Below, in pieces: positions 30,409-39,847 of a stretch of DNA of 64,000 nt. Each line of letters begins with the position of its first letter. Within the stretch, counting starts at the first letter, position 1. Origin of the DNA: an uncultured Gemmatimonadales bacterium (GTDB lineage: Bacteria > Gemmatimonadota > Gemmatimonadetes > Longimicrobiales > RSA9); assembly GCA_963798085.1 (NCBI GenBank), contig CAWCRS010000004.1, forward strand, positions 1 to 64,000. Direction: 5' to 3'. The notes beneath the pieces were generated by a model that saw only the letters and a program-made list of their open reading frames with translations, made no database searches and was not told the origin of the DNA. Position numbers and translations under genes: made by a program.

Positions 30409-31511
30409 GGCGCTGGCAGACGCACGCCGCGCTGCTCGCCTGCGCGGGCTGCACGGTGGCTGGCCGCGCCGCGGCACAGGCCACGGGTCAGGCGGGCGGC
30501 GGCTTCGCCTTCGAGCTGTACCACTTCAGCGATGCGGCGGCGCTGGGCATGAAATCGCTCACGCTGCTGACACTGCCGTTCGCGGGGCGGGCCGACCTCA
30601 CGCCGCGGCTCAGCCTGTCGGTCAACGGCGCCTTCGCGCGGGGCGAACTCAAGCCCGCCACCGGCAGTGTCGAGACCGTGAGCGGGCTCACGGATACGGA
30701 GGTGCGCGCCAGCTACGTGGCGGGGCGGGATTTCGTCACGCTGTCCGTGGTGGGGCTGCTGCCCACCGGCCACTCGAAACTCACGGTTAGCGAGTCCGAT
30801 GTGGCGGGGGCGGTGGCCGCTGATGTGCTTCCTTTCCGCATCAGCAACTGGGGCTCGGGTGGCGGACTGGGCGCGAGTGTGAGCGTGGCCCGGCCGCTGG
30901 GCAGCGTGAACGCCGGCATCAGTGCCGGCTACGTCGTCGCCCGCGAATTCGAGCCGCTGGAAGGCTCGGCCAGCCAGTACCGGCCGGGCAATCAGCTCCA
31001 CCTGACGGGTGCGCTGGACCACAATGCCGGCGCTTCGCGACTGGCGCTGCGCGTGAGCTGGCTGTCGTTCAACGCGGACCAGTCGGATGGGGCCAACCTG
31101 TACCAGGCGGGGGATCGATTGCAGGCGACCGGTTCGGTCGCGTTCGCGGCGGGCGCTCGCGCCAGTGCGCTGGTGTACGCCGGCTGGCTGCACCGCAGTG
31201 AAGGGCGCTTTCAGACGGTCAGCCTGATCACGGCGGCCGAGCAGCTCTTGCTCGCAGGCGGTGGCCTGCGCATGCCGCTCGGGCCGGGCGTGCTGCAGCC
31301 GAGCATCGACCTGCGTGTGCTGGGCGGGAGCGCGGCCGCGGGTAGGGGGTACACCGCAAGTGCGGGCGCATCCGCCGAGTTCCCCGCCGGCGGTGCCACG
31401 GTGGCACCCACAGTGCGCGCCCGCTTTGGAACACTCAAACCGCGCCGCGGTGTGAGCAGTGGATTCAGCGGCGCGGAAATCGGGCTGAGTATCCGCTTCG
31501 GTCCGCGCTGA
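30405..31511 (+). CDS. putative outer-membrane beta-barrel protein, copy A
   Basis: GTGA coupling, signal ending AAA-Q, amphipathic beta strands, SGLTDTEVR, LPFRISNWGSGGG, terminal GLSIRF. Confidence 0.72.
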   Translation: MRRWQTHAALLACAGCTVAGRAAAQATGQAGGGFAFELYHFSDAAALGMKSLTLLTLPFAGRADLTPRLSLSVNGAFARGELKPATGSVETVSGLTDTEVRASYVAGRDFVTLSVVGLLPTGHSKLTVSESDVAGAVAADVLPFRISNWGSGGGLGASVSVARPLGSVNAGISAGYVVAREFEPLEGSASQYRPGNQLHLTGALDHNAGASRLALRVSWLSFNADQSDGANLYQAGDRLQATGSVAFAAGARASALVYAGWLHRSEGRFQTVSLITAAEQLLLAGGGLRMPLGPGVLQPSIDLRVLGGSAAAGRGYTASAGASAEFPAGGATVAPTVRARFGTLKPRRGVSSGFSGAEIGLSIRFGPR

Positions 31512-31534
31512 ACCAGCAACAACGGAGGATCGCC

Positions 31535-32233
31535 ATGCGACGTTGCCTCGCGACGGGTCTCTCGCTCCTGCTGCTCGTGCCCGCACTGACCGCGGCACAG
31601 CAGACGCCGGACACGCGCCCGGGCATCGCCGTGTTCCCCTTCACCAACGGCGGATCCTACGGCGCCAACAAGGAAGACCTGGACGCGCTCACCGTCGGTC
31701 TGCAGCAGATGCTGCTCACCGAGCTGAACCAGAACACGTCGCTCCGCATTGTCGAGCGCAGCAAGCTGCGCGACCTGATGGAGGAGCAGAACCTGGGCGC
31801 GTCCGGCCGCGTCGACGCCAACACCGCGGCGAAGCTGGGCAAGATCGTGGGAGCGCGCTACGTGGTGACCGGCGTCTTCGTCGATCTCAATGGCGACTTC
31901 CGCATGGACGGCCGTATTGTCGATGTGGAGACGAGCGAAGTGCTGAAGACGGAGCAGGTGCGCGACAAGATGGACAAGCTCTACGACATGCTCGTCATAC
32001 TCGCGACGAAGATCACGGATGGCGTGAAGCTGCCGCCGCTGCCGTCGCCCGTGCGCGAGGCGAGGGCCAAGCGCCCGATTCCGCCCGAAGCGATAACACT
32101 CTATTCGCGCGCCCAGGTCTTCGAGGACGGCGGCCAGAAGGCGAGGGCGGAAGAGCTGTACAAGCAGATTACCCAGCGCTTCCCGGAAATGACGGAAGCG
32201 AAGGAAGCGCTGCGCCAGCTCCAGGGCAGTTAG
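31535..32233 (+). CDS. secreted CsgG/HfaB-like protein with C-terminal TPR
   Basis: GGAGG RBS, IAVFPFTNG, LRIVERSKLRDLMEEQNLGASGRVDANTAAKLGKIVGARYVVTG, RIVDVETSEV. Confidence 0.82.
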   Translation: MRRCLATGLSLLLLVPALTAAQQTPDTRPGIAVFPFTNGGSYGANKEDLDALTVGLQQMLLTELNQNTSLRIVERSKLRDLMEEQNLGASGRVDANTAAKLGKIVGARYVVTGVFVDLNGDFRMDGRIVDVETSEVLKTEQVRDKMDKLYDMLVILATKITDGVKLPPLPSPVREARAKRPIPPEAITLYSRAQVFEDGGQKARAEELYKQITQRFPEMTEAKEALRQLQGS

Positions 32234-32262
32234 CGTTTCCAGGCAGTCCCGGACGTTCGGAC

Positions 32263-32284
32263 CCGGCCACGGAATCGTGGCCGG
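32263..32284. other. perfect 9-bp intergenic hairpin
   Basis: CCGGCCACG-GAAT-CGTGGCCGG; no U-tract, so terminator function is uncertain. Confidence 0.5.
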
Positions 32285-32321
32285 CTGACAGTCTCTACCA
32301 CCGCGGTCGAGGCGGGCTGCC

Positions 32322-34139
32322 ATGCTCCCGAAAACACACTTCCCTGCCAGTGGTACACCTGCGCACCGCGCGTCCGCCGTCAGCATCGCTGCACTGCTGC
32401 TGACGCTCGCAGGCTGCCACGCGGACGACATCTTCTACTCTTCGCCTGGCAAGGGAAAAGGCGCGCTGCTGCTGGGCTGGTCCATCGGCCACAGTGTAGC
32501 CAGTGGGGCGGTCGCCGCGGCGGATCGTGTGCACGTGCTCGTGGCCCGCTCCAGCGGCACGCTCTACGATGACACGATCGCGTTTCCGGTTGGCGAGAGC
32601 GAAGTCCGCGTGCGCATCGAAGTGCAGCTCGAGCAGTCGGCGGAAGTGCTGGTGGTAGCGGCCGAGCTGCTCGATGGTACACGCGTCGTGGCGCGCGGTG
32701 GGCAGTCGGTCACGCTGCAGCAGGGCACCACCACGGTCGCGCCCATTGTCGTGGACGACATTGCGAACGATCTGGCCATGGGCGACCAGCACGCCTGCTA
32801 CATCGGGGCCGCAGGCGTGACCTACTGCTGGGGCGGCAACGAATTCGGGCAGCTCGGCATCGGCAGCAACATTGGCAGCAGCCGACCGGTCGCGGTGGCG
32901 GGCGCACAGCATTTCGTCGCGGTCGCGGCAGGCGTCGGGCACACCTGCGCGCTCGCCGCCGATGGCTCCGCGTACTGCTGGGGCAATGGACTGGCCGGCC
33001 AGCTCGGCGATGGCAAGGTCACCACCAGCACGGTACCCGTCCCGGTGTCGGGCGGTCTGCATTTCGTCGACATCTCCGCCGGCGTGAACCACAGCTGCGG
33101 CCTCACGGTCAGCGGTGAAATATGGTGTTGGGGTGACAACGCGGTGGGCCAGCTCGCCGCTTCGCCCACCCGCGCGGCCGTTCCGGCACAGTCCGCATCC
33201 ACTCTGCATTTCAGCGCCGTGCGCGCCGGCTGGCTGCAGACCTGCGGCATAGTGAACAACGCGGGCTACTGCTGGGGCCAGGACTACTCGGGCGGCTCCA
33301 CGCCGCGCAACACGCCCACGGTCGTGCCCGGCGGCCTCAATCTGCGGCTCGTGCTGCCGGGCATTTTCACCGCGTGCGCCCTGAATGCGAATGGGGCCGC
33401 ATACTGCTGGGGCGGCAGCACCAACACCAACTTCGGCCAGCTCGGCAACAGCGGGTACAGCTACAGCGCCACGCCCGTCGCGGTCAGTGGCAGCCAGTCA
33501 TTCACTACACTGAGCGTGTCCAATGCGAATTCCTTCTACGCCGGCCATGTCTGCGGCATCAACCCGGCGAGCCTGGCCTGGTGCTGGGGCCTGAATCGGT
33601 TCGGCGAACTGGGCACGAACACGCAGGGATGTCTGCTCAATACCGTGGCGGGTCAGCAGGTACACCGCTGTTCCAACGTGCCCGTGCCCGTACAGGGTGG
33701 GCATCGCTACACCACCATCGCAGTGGGCAACGAGAACACGTGCGGCATTTCGGACAGCGGTACCGTGTACTGCTGGGGCTGGGGTCTCACGGGCATGCTG
33801 GGGCAGGGTGATCTGGGAGACCAGGCGCTGCCCGTGCCGCTGGGCGCTCCCATCGCCCCGCCCACGATCAAGTCGCTGATACTGAGCGGACGCAAGAACA
33901 CGCTGGCGGTGGGTGACACGCTCACGCTCGTGGCTGCGGCCGTCGACGCGCAGGGCATTCAGCTTCCCATGCCCATGGTCTGGAGCACGAGCGACAGCAC
34001 GCGCGTCGCGATTCAGTCCAACCGCGTGCCTTCGACCACCGCGCCCGCGGGGCTGATCGTCGCGCGCAATCGGGGTAACGCCACGATAACAGCCGCTTTA
34101 CAGGGCCTGACCGCCACGTTCAGCATTGTGGTGAACTGA
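32322..34139 (+). CDS. RCC1/BLIP-II repeat lipoprotein with C-terminal Ig-like domain
   Basis: LAGC lipobox; repeated YCWGxNxxGQLG and AGxxHTC; WSTSDSTRVAI. Confidence 0.9.
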   Translation: MLPKTHFPASGTPAHRASAVSIAALLLTLAGCHADDIFYSSPGKGKGALLLGWSIGHSVASGAVAAADRVHVLVARSSGTLYDDTIAFPVGESEVRVRIEVQLEQSAEVLVVAAELLDGTRVVARGGQSVTLQQGTTTVAPIVVDDIANDLAMGDQHACYIGAAGVTYCWGGNEFGQLGIGSNIGSSRPVAVAGAQHFVAVAAGVGHTCALAADGSAYCWGNGLAGQLGDGKVTTSTVPVPVSGGLHFVDISAGVNHSCGLTVSGEIWCWGDNAVGQLAASPTRAAVPAQSASTLHFSAVRAGWLQTCGIVNNAGYCWGQDYSGGSTPRNTPTVVPGGLNLRLVLPGIFTACALNANGAAYCWGGSTNTNFGQLGNSGYSYSATPVAVSGSQSFTTLSVSNANSFYAGHVCGINPASLAWCWGLNRFGELGTNTQGCLLNTVAGQQVHRCSNVPVPVQGGHRYTTIAVGNENTCGISDSGTVYCWGWGLTGMLGQGDLGDQALPVPLGAPIAPPTIKSLILSGRKNTLAVGDTLTLVAAAVDAQGIQLPMPMVWSTSDSTRVAIQSNRVPSTTAPAGLIVARNRGNATITAALQGLTATFSIVVN

Positions 34140-34197
34140 GGATCGCGATCGCAGGCGGCTCGGCGCCCGATGGTCTCGCGTCGGCGTCGCCGGCCGC

Positions 34198-36471
34198 TCA
34201 CGAACTCCTGACCTCCACCACGACCGGCCCGGAGCAGCGAGTCATGCAGGCAAGCCGGTACTCACCGGGCGCCAGGCCTTTGCGACCGAGAGTCTTCTTT
34301 TCCTTGTCGGTCACCTCGTTCAGATGCTCCGCACCCTGCACAATGCGGATCACATCACAGCCGCACATCCCCATCCAGCATTCGTAGTCCATGGCCACGC
34401 CGTGGGCGTCGGCCCACGTCAGCAGCGTCTCTGCCGCATCCGCCGCACCGGCAATGTTCTGACCCTGGAACGTGATGTGTGGCCCGGCCGCGGACGGCGA
34501 GGCGGCGGGCGGCGGCGGCGCACCCGGTGGCGCCGCCGGCTGCGCCGGCTGCACCACCGGCATGGATCCGCTCTTCTCCGGCAAATCCTCGCGCAGCCGG
34601 ATCTGGAACAACTGGTTGCCCACGCGGAGCAGATCGTTGTGCTCGAGCCGCTGCTCGCCATCGATCCTCAGATACGTGCCGTTGCGGCTGCCCAGGTCCT
34701 GCAGCACGAAGTGCATGGCACGCGCCGTGGCCGCGAAATGGAAGCGTGAGAGCGTGAGGTCCCGGTCGTCGAGCGCCACATCGGGCTGCGAAGGACCGCC
34801 GCGCCGTCCGAAAACAACTGTGTTAGTGCCAAGCGGGTAGCGCGCGACCGGTCGGCTGGTGGCGTCGTAATGATCGATGAACAGTCCAGCCGCATCGCCG
34901 CTGGCAACCAGGATCTGGCGCCCTGCGCGCAGCAGCGCGCCAGGCTGCACCGTCAGCGGCGCTTCCGGACGCAACCGCAGGTAGGTGCCGGAGCGACTGC
35001 CGTCGTCACGCAGATGGAACGCGCCGTCACGATGCGAGATGGAAGCGTGATTCTCGGACAGGGCCGTGTCCTGCGCGAAGCTGACATCGCAACCCACACG
35101 GCCGATGGTGGTCACACCGTCAGTGCGCAGCGTGAAGTTCTCCGCATCGACGCCGGTCGGTGTGAGACTCACCAGGATCGCGGCGCGCTCACCGGGCGCA
35201 TCGCCGACTGCCGCCCCACCTGCTGCCGCAGCCCGCTCCGGCGCCAGACCGAGCGCCGCACTGATGCGCGCAATCCCTGCATCCGGCGTCGCACGGGCAA
35301 CCGGCTCCGCATCCCGGATGACGACGTTGACGGTCGCCTGCCCGTCCAGCTTCTGCCGGATCACTTCGGCAACGAAAACGCCATCACGCAGGGAACTCTT
35401 GATGTTGCCGCGATGCTTGACCTGCCGGAACTGATCCGGCGGCGCGCCGAAGTCATCGGTTTCGAGATACACCTGCGAGAGCAGGTCGCCGATCAGGTAC
35501 ACATTGCGCTGCTGCGTTTCGAGCAGCGGTGAGACCACGCACATCTTGCGGTTCTGTGCCGCCGGCACCATGGCAATGCCCAGCTGGCGCAGGAACGCCT
35601 CCGGAATGTCCTCGCCGATGCAGGCAATGCAGCGCGTCTTCTGGAACTCGAGGTGCAGCGTCTCGGGCGGCCGGTCCGCTGCCATTCTGCGATCCACGCG
35701 CAGCGACAGGTACTCGACGCGATCGGGAGCCGTAACGACGCCAACCGGCTCGCTGTTAGGGTGGTAGCGAATGTTGCCGTTGCCGATGTACGCCTCGAAG
35801 AACTCGTCGGCCAGCGCCTTGGAGACACGCGGCATCTTCGAGCCGCGGTACGACCAGAAGACGTGTGACGCCTCCACCGCCTGGATCTTCGCCTTCGAGA
35901 TCGCGATCACGGCCTCGGCTGCGGACGTGCCGCCGCCGATCACGCAGACCGGGCCGGAAACGTAGTTGCCGGCATCATCCAGCCGGTACGCGATACCGTC
36001 GGTGTTGCCGGGAATGTCGAAGCGCCGAGGCACACCTCGCCCGATGGCGAGCACGACGTGACGCGCGTGCAGCAGGCCCGGCTCGCGCGTGCCATGATTC
36101 CAGGTGGACGCGTCCCAGCCGTGGCCGGCCGGCTGCAGTCCTGTCAGCTCGACACTGCATACGACCGGCACGCCAAAGCTGCTGTAGTGCTGTTTCCAGC
36201 GCGCGCAGATCTCGTCCTTGTCGATCGCCTCGAATTGCAGGCCGCTGATGCACTCGTCGCCCGCCGGAAACGCCATGCGGTCGCCACCGCCGAAATCCGG
36301 CAGGATGAGCTTGTCCTTGGGATAATCGCGAATGCGCTTGAGCACATCGTCGAAGTCGATCACGAGTGCCTGCAGTCCCAGCTCACGAGCGCGGAATGCG
36401 GCCGCGGTGCCGGCCGGGCCTGCGCCCACAACGAGCAGATCCAGGATTTCCGGCAGTTCGGCGCGGCTCAT
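34198..36471 (-). CDS. FAD/NAD(P) oxidoreductase (TrxR/YpdA-like) fused to two FHA domains and a C-terminal 2Fe-2S ferredoxin
   Basis: VVGAGPAG, LAIGRG, IGGGTSAAEA, YLIGD; FHA IGR..LSENH..GSRSGT and FGR..LSRFH..GSRNGT; CWMGMCGCD...RLAC. Confidence 0.85.
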   Translation of the reverse strand: MSRAELPEILDLLVVGAGPAGTAAAFRARELGLQALVIDFDDVLKRIRDYPKDKLILPDFGGGDRMAFPAGDECISGLQFEAIDKDEICARWKQHYSSFGVPVVCSVELTGLQPAGHGWDASTWNHGTREPGLLHARHVVLAIGRGVPRRFDIPGNTDGIAYRLDDAGNYVSGPVCVIGGGTSAAEAVIAISKAKIQAVEASHVFWSYRGSKMPRVSKALADEFFEAYIGNGNIRYHPNSEPVGVVTAPDRVEYLSLRVDRRMAADRPPETLHLEFQKTRCIACIGEDIPEAFLRQLGIAMVPAAQNRKMCVVSPLLETQQRNVYLIGDLLSQVYLETDDFGAPPDQFRQVKHRGNIKSSLRDGVFVAEVIRQKLDGQATVNVVIRDAEPVARATPDAGIARISAALGLAPERAAAAGGAAVGDAPGERAAILVSLTPTGVDAENFTLRTDGVTTIGRVGCDVSFAQDTALSENHASISHRDGAFHLRDDGSRSGTYLRLRPEAPLTVQPGALLRAGRQILVASGDAAGLFIDHYDATSRPVARYPLGTNTVVFGRRGGPSQPDVALDDRDLTLSRFHFAATARAMHFVLQDLGSRNGTYLRIDGEQRLEHNDLLRVGNQLFQIRLREDLPEKSGSMPVVQPAQPAAPPGAPPPPAASPSAAGPHITFQGQNIAGAADAAETLLTWADAHGVAMDYECWMGMCGCDVIRIVQGAEHLNEVTDKEKKTLGRKGLAPGEYRLACMTRCSGPVVVEVRSS

Positions 36472-37403
36472 CGCTGGATCAACTCGAACTCGAAGTAGGG
36501 ACCCAACCGGAATTTCATGCCGGGGACCAGACCGATGCTCTGAATGACATTGCCGTCCACATAGGTACCGTTCACGCTCTGCAGGTCCGTGAGCGTGATG
36601 CCCGTGGGCGCAATCTGCACCACGGCGTGTCTGCGGCCCAGCCACTTCTCCGGATCACGCAGTGCGATGTCGCATTCTTCCCAGCGGCCGATGAAGTTGT
36701 CGCCGGCACGCAGTGTCCATCTCTGCCGACTTCCATCCGGCATTGTCAGTTGCAACTCCAGCACGTGCGCCGGCATGGGCGCAGGCCGTGAGACTGGGGG
36801 CGGTGCGACCGGTGCAGACGGTGCGACTCGCGCAGGTGCTGCAGGCGGTGTGATGGGTGCGGGCGGCGCGACTGGTGGCAGTGCGACTGGTGCAGGTGGT
36901 GATTCCTGCGCAGGCTGCGCTGTTGTTGCAGGTGCAGGGGGTGCAGGGGGTGCAGGGGGTGCAGGCGTCGCGTACGCGACGGCGCGCGGATCAACGATGT
37001 CGTTGAAGCCGAGGTCGACCTGCGTGCTCTGTTCCTTCTGGACTTGCGGTGCCGGCGGCGGCGGTACGGGCGGCGCAACGGCCGGCGCATCCGCTTCACC
37101 GTGCACGAAGATCAGGTCGAGCGTTTCGGCGAGTGTGATGATGTTCACGCGATCCAGACGAGTGGGTGAGGTTACGGGCACGCCATCCACGCGCGTGCCA
37201 TTCCGACTGCCGAGATCCTCGAGGTAGTATTCGCCATCCTGCTGCCGGATGCGGGCGTGGCGGCCGGAAAGGAATGGGAAATCGAGCACGAGATCGTTCT
37301 CCGGGCCTCGGCCCAGACTCGTTTCTCGTCCGAACTCGTGGGTGACACCGGCTATGCTGCCGGTGCGACCGAGCAGCCGCGCTCGAGGCTGGGTCACAAT
37401 CAC
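36468..37403 (-). CDS. double-FHA protein with Pro-rich linker
   Basis: LGRGPEND..LSGRHARI..DLGSRNGT and IGRWEECD..GRRHA..DLQSVNGT; GTG start overlaps the upstream stop. Confidence 0.88.
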   Translation of the reverse strand: MIVTQPRARLLGRTGSIAGVTHEFGRETSLGRGPENDLVLDFPFLSGRHARIRQQDGEYYLEDLGSRNGTRVDGVPVTSPTRLDRVNIITLAETLDLIFVHGEADAPAVAPPVPPPPAPQVQKEQSTQVDLGFNDIVDPRAVAYATPAPPAPPAPPAPATTAQPAQESPPAPVALPPVAPPAPITPPAAPARVAPSAPVAPPPVSRPAPMPAHVLELQLTMPDGSRQRWTLRAGDNFIGRWEECDIALRDPEKWLGRRHAVVQIAPTGITLTDLQSVNGTYVDGNVIQSIGLVPGMKFRLGPYFEFELIQR

Positions 37404-38980
37404 CTCACCCGTTGATTCTGGCGCGACAGATTGGACCACTGCGCGTGGTCCGGATGGAAGCGGTGGCATTGCGTGCAGTCAGCAGGCGCGCGGCCGCTGC
37501 CGTGACAGCGCCGGCACACCTCAATGCCCGGCAGGTTCTGGATGCTGGCTCGATCCAGCGACGCCGGCACATCCTTGTCACGATCGACCCAGTCGCGGAT
37601 CGGTATCGCGGTGTGGCAGTCCAGACAGCGAGCGTGGATGATGTGGGCGCGGTGGCTGAACTCCGCGCGATTCAGTGTCCGCTGATCCGTCTGCACGCGC
37701 AGAATCGTGGCGCGCTCGACGATGTGACATTCGCGGCACTTCGTGGTCAGCGAGTCTGCCAGCGGTAGGACGGCGCTGTCGGCGAGCGAACCGATGGGAT
37801 CGGCCGCAGGCCGGTCGGCAACGCCCGCAGCGAAGCGACTCAGGTCGACCGGTGCCAGCGGGTCTTCCATGCGGCGCTCGATGACGTCCAGCAGACTCTC
37901 GAGCGAACGGAGTTCGTTCTGCACATCGCGTGACGGCTCGCCACGCAGCGCCTGGATCCAGGAGCGGAGTGTGGCGACGGCCTCCTGCGGCAGCACGCGG
38001 CCCTGGCCGGGCGGCACATCCGCGGATGCGCGCAGCAGCTGCGCCAGCGCGGCACCGGGATAGAGCTGCTGGCGCAGGCGGTTCAGGTTGTAGAGAATCC
38101 ACGGGTCCTCGTGATAGACGGGGCGCTTCAGAATGAATCCGCCCGCCTCCCTGAATTCATTCGAGTCCCAGTAGTTGGCGGCGTCCGCGCCCGGCGAGGA
38201 GGCATTGCGGATATCCTGCAGCGAGAGCACGCCCGCGGCTGTGCCACGCCCGGCCAGCGGCAGCAGCGGCGTCGCGTCCGACGCCGAGAGATGGCAATCA
38301 TCGCAGTGCCGCGCGAACGAGATGGGCTGGAAGAAGCGGCCCTCGGGCTCCGGCTCGTGACAGCGCACGCAGGTCGCTTCCAGATCGGTCAGCGAATCCC
38401 GCTTCATGATCTCGCGAACGTGCCGCACGTGCGTAAACAGCAGGTTAGCAGGATCGGGCACGGAATCAGCAATGAAGTCGAACTGCGGATGCCCGCTGCT
38501 GAAGGAGCCGGCCTTGTGGCAGGCCCGGCAGGTCGCGTCGGTCACCCGCTCGAGCGATGCCGTGCGGCCGCGGTGCTCGTCGTGGCACGCGGCGCACGGC
38601 GTCTCCCGGGTGCTCGGGGCGGAGCGGTCGAAGTCGGCCGACCGGTACACATAGTGGCGGCGGTAACTGTACGTGCCCAGCGGGTCGCCCGCCTTTTCGT
38701 GACAGTTGCTGCAACGCACGTCGGGCGTACCGCCGCCGGGCGCGTGGCAGTTCGCACAATCCCTGGCAAACAGTGCGTGGCTGTCCGAGAGCGGGCCGTT
38801 CGAGACGGCGGCCGCGTTGCCGAAAAGCGTGTCCGCGAGGAAGGGCAGAATCAGCAGCACCATGGCGCCTGCGCCGTACAGGAACAGGCGGCCGCGGCCC
38901 GTGCGCGGCGGATGCCGTGTCGCCACCGGCAGCCGGCTGGGCGTGAAGGCATCGTTCTCGAATCGGCGCTGGTCGCTCAC
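37400..38980 (-). CDS. membrane-anchored decaheme cytochrome c
   Basis: N-terminal TM; 10 CxxCH (CANCH, CSNCH, CAACH, CRACH, CVRCH, CDDCH, CRECH, CLDCH, CRRCH, CTQCH). Confidence 0.9.
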   Translation of the reverse strand: MSDQRRFENDAFTPSRLPVATRHPPRTGRGRLFLYGAGAMVLLILPFLADTLFGNAAAVSNGPLSDSHALFARDCANCHAPGGGTPDVRCSNCHEKAGDPLGTYSYRRHYVYRSADFDRSAPSTRETPCAACHDEHRGRTASLERVTDATCRACHKAGSFSSGHPQFDFIADSVPDPANLLFTHVRHVREIMKRDSLTDLEATCVRCHEPEPEGRFFQPISFARHCDDCHLSASDATPLLPLAGRGTAAGVLSLQDIRNASSPGADAANYWDSNEFREAGGFILKRPVYHEDPWILYNLNRLRQQLYPGAALAQLLRASADVPPGQGRVLPQEAVATLRSWIQALRGEPSRDVQNELRSLESLLDVIERRMEDPLAPVDLSRFAAGVADRPAADPIGSLADSAVLPLADSLTTKCRECHIVERATILRVQTDQRTLNRAEFSHRAHIIHARCLDCHTAIPIRDWVDRDKDVPASLDRASIQNLPGIEVCRRCHGSGRAPADCTQCHRFHPDHAQWSNLSRQNQRVR

Positions 38981-38992
38981 CCGGTCCGCCCG

Positions 38993-39847
38993 CTAGTAGT
39001 ACAGAACGAGTGACACGTGCAGCACCACCAGTCCCAGCAGGACCATCGCCACGGGCAGGTGCAACCAGAGCCAGAGCCGCAACCAGCGCTGCAGCGTGTA
39101 GTGCAGGTCCATCTCCAACTTGGTGTTATGGATCTGCTCCAGCTCATCGAGCGCCGGCGCCACGTCCGCGGGCACGGTCTGCCGCAGGATGTGGAACTCC
39201 TGGGAGCGGTAGGACTCCGAGCGACTCCGACCCAGCACGCTGCGCAGCGCGGCCTGCGGCGCCTCCATGTCGGGTGCGATCTCACGCGCGTAGTAGGCCT
39301 GCACCCGCGGACCGGCTCGCGCCGCCACCGCGCTGGCACGCGAGCGCAGCTCCTGCACCAGTTCCGGTATGCGCTGCAGGTTCACTTCGAAGGATGCGCC
39401 CGCATCCAGCAGCCGCGGAATCACGCGTTGCAGTGCCAGTCCGAAAGCGCCCGAGAGCACGACCCACAGACTGATCGTCCACAGCACGATCATCAGCGGA
39501 CCGGACGGGAGGCGGAAGTCCGTGTGCAGTAGCAGCAGCACCAGAAACAGCGTGCCGCCGGCCACGTGCAGCTGGAGATAGAACTGCGCGGGACCCAGAC
39601 TGCGCACGGCGGGCAGTGACCGGCGGATCGAGTAGAGCATCACGACCAGCAGCGTGGCGGCCGCGGCGATGCCGAACCCCTGACCCAGATCCGAGCGTGG
39701 TTGGAAAGCGCGGCCCGCGACGATTCGCAGGAGTATGGCAGTGATACCGATGAGGAGCGCAGTGTCGCGCATGGGTTGCCAGCGGAAGCGTACAGGTCTA
39801 CGCACTCTCCTGCGCACCGCGCCGAGAACCCCTGCAGCCGCCCGCAT
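38993..39847 (-). CDS. integral membrane protein, probable di-heme b quinone-interacting subunit
   Basis: His pairs in TM helices: QLHVAGGTLFLVLLLLH and WLHLPVAMVLLGLVVLH; TGATG coupling to the upstream gene. Confidence 0.72.
   Translation of the reverse strand: MRAAAGVLGAVRRRVRRPVRFRWQPMRDTALLIGITAILLRIVAGRAFQPRSDLGQGFGIAAAATLLVVMLYSIRRSLPAVRSLGPAQFYLQLHVAGGTLFLVLLLLHTDFRLPSGPLMIVLWTISLWVVLSGAFGLALQRVIPRLLDAGASFEVNLQRIPELVQELRSRASAVAARAGPRVQAYYAREIAPDMEAPQAALRSVLGRSRSESYRSQEFHILRQTVPADVAPALDELEQIHNTKLEMDLHYTLQRWLRLWLWLHLPVAMVLLGLVVLHVSLVLYY

Noticed and set aside
28632..31511. Apparent 959-aa CsgG-barrel fusion
   Set aside because: One extra T at about 30352; the paralogous pair at 47160-49600 is two genes, and the barrel has its own signal peptide
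29133..32233. Curli biogenesis operon
   Set aside because: CsgG-like domains only; no CsgA/CsgB curlin repeats and no csgE/csgF recognised
36925..36966. GGTGCAGGG tandem repeat
   Set aside because: Encodes the PAP linker of the double-FHA protein; no separate function is evident
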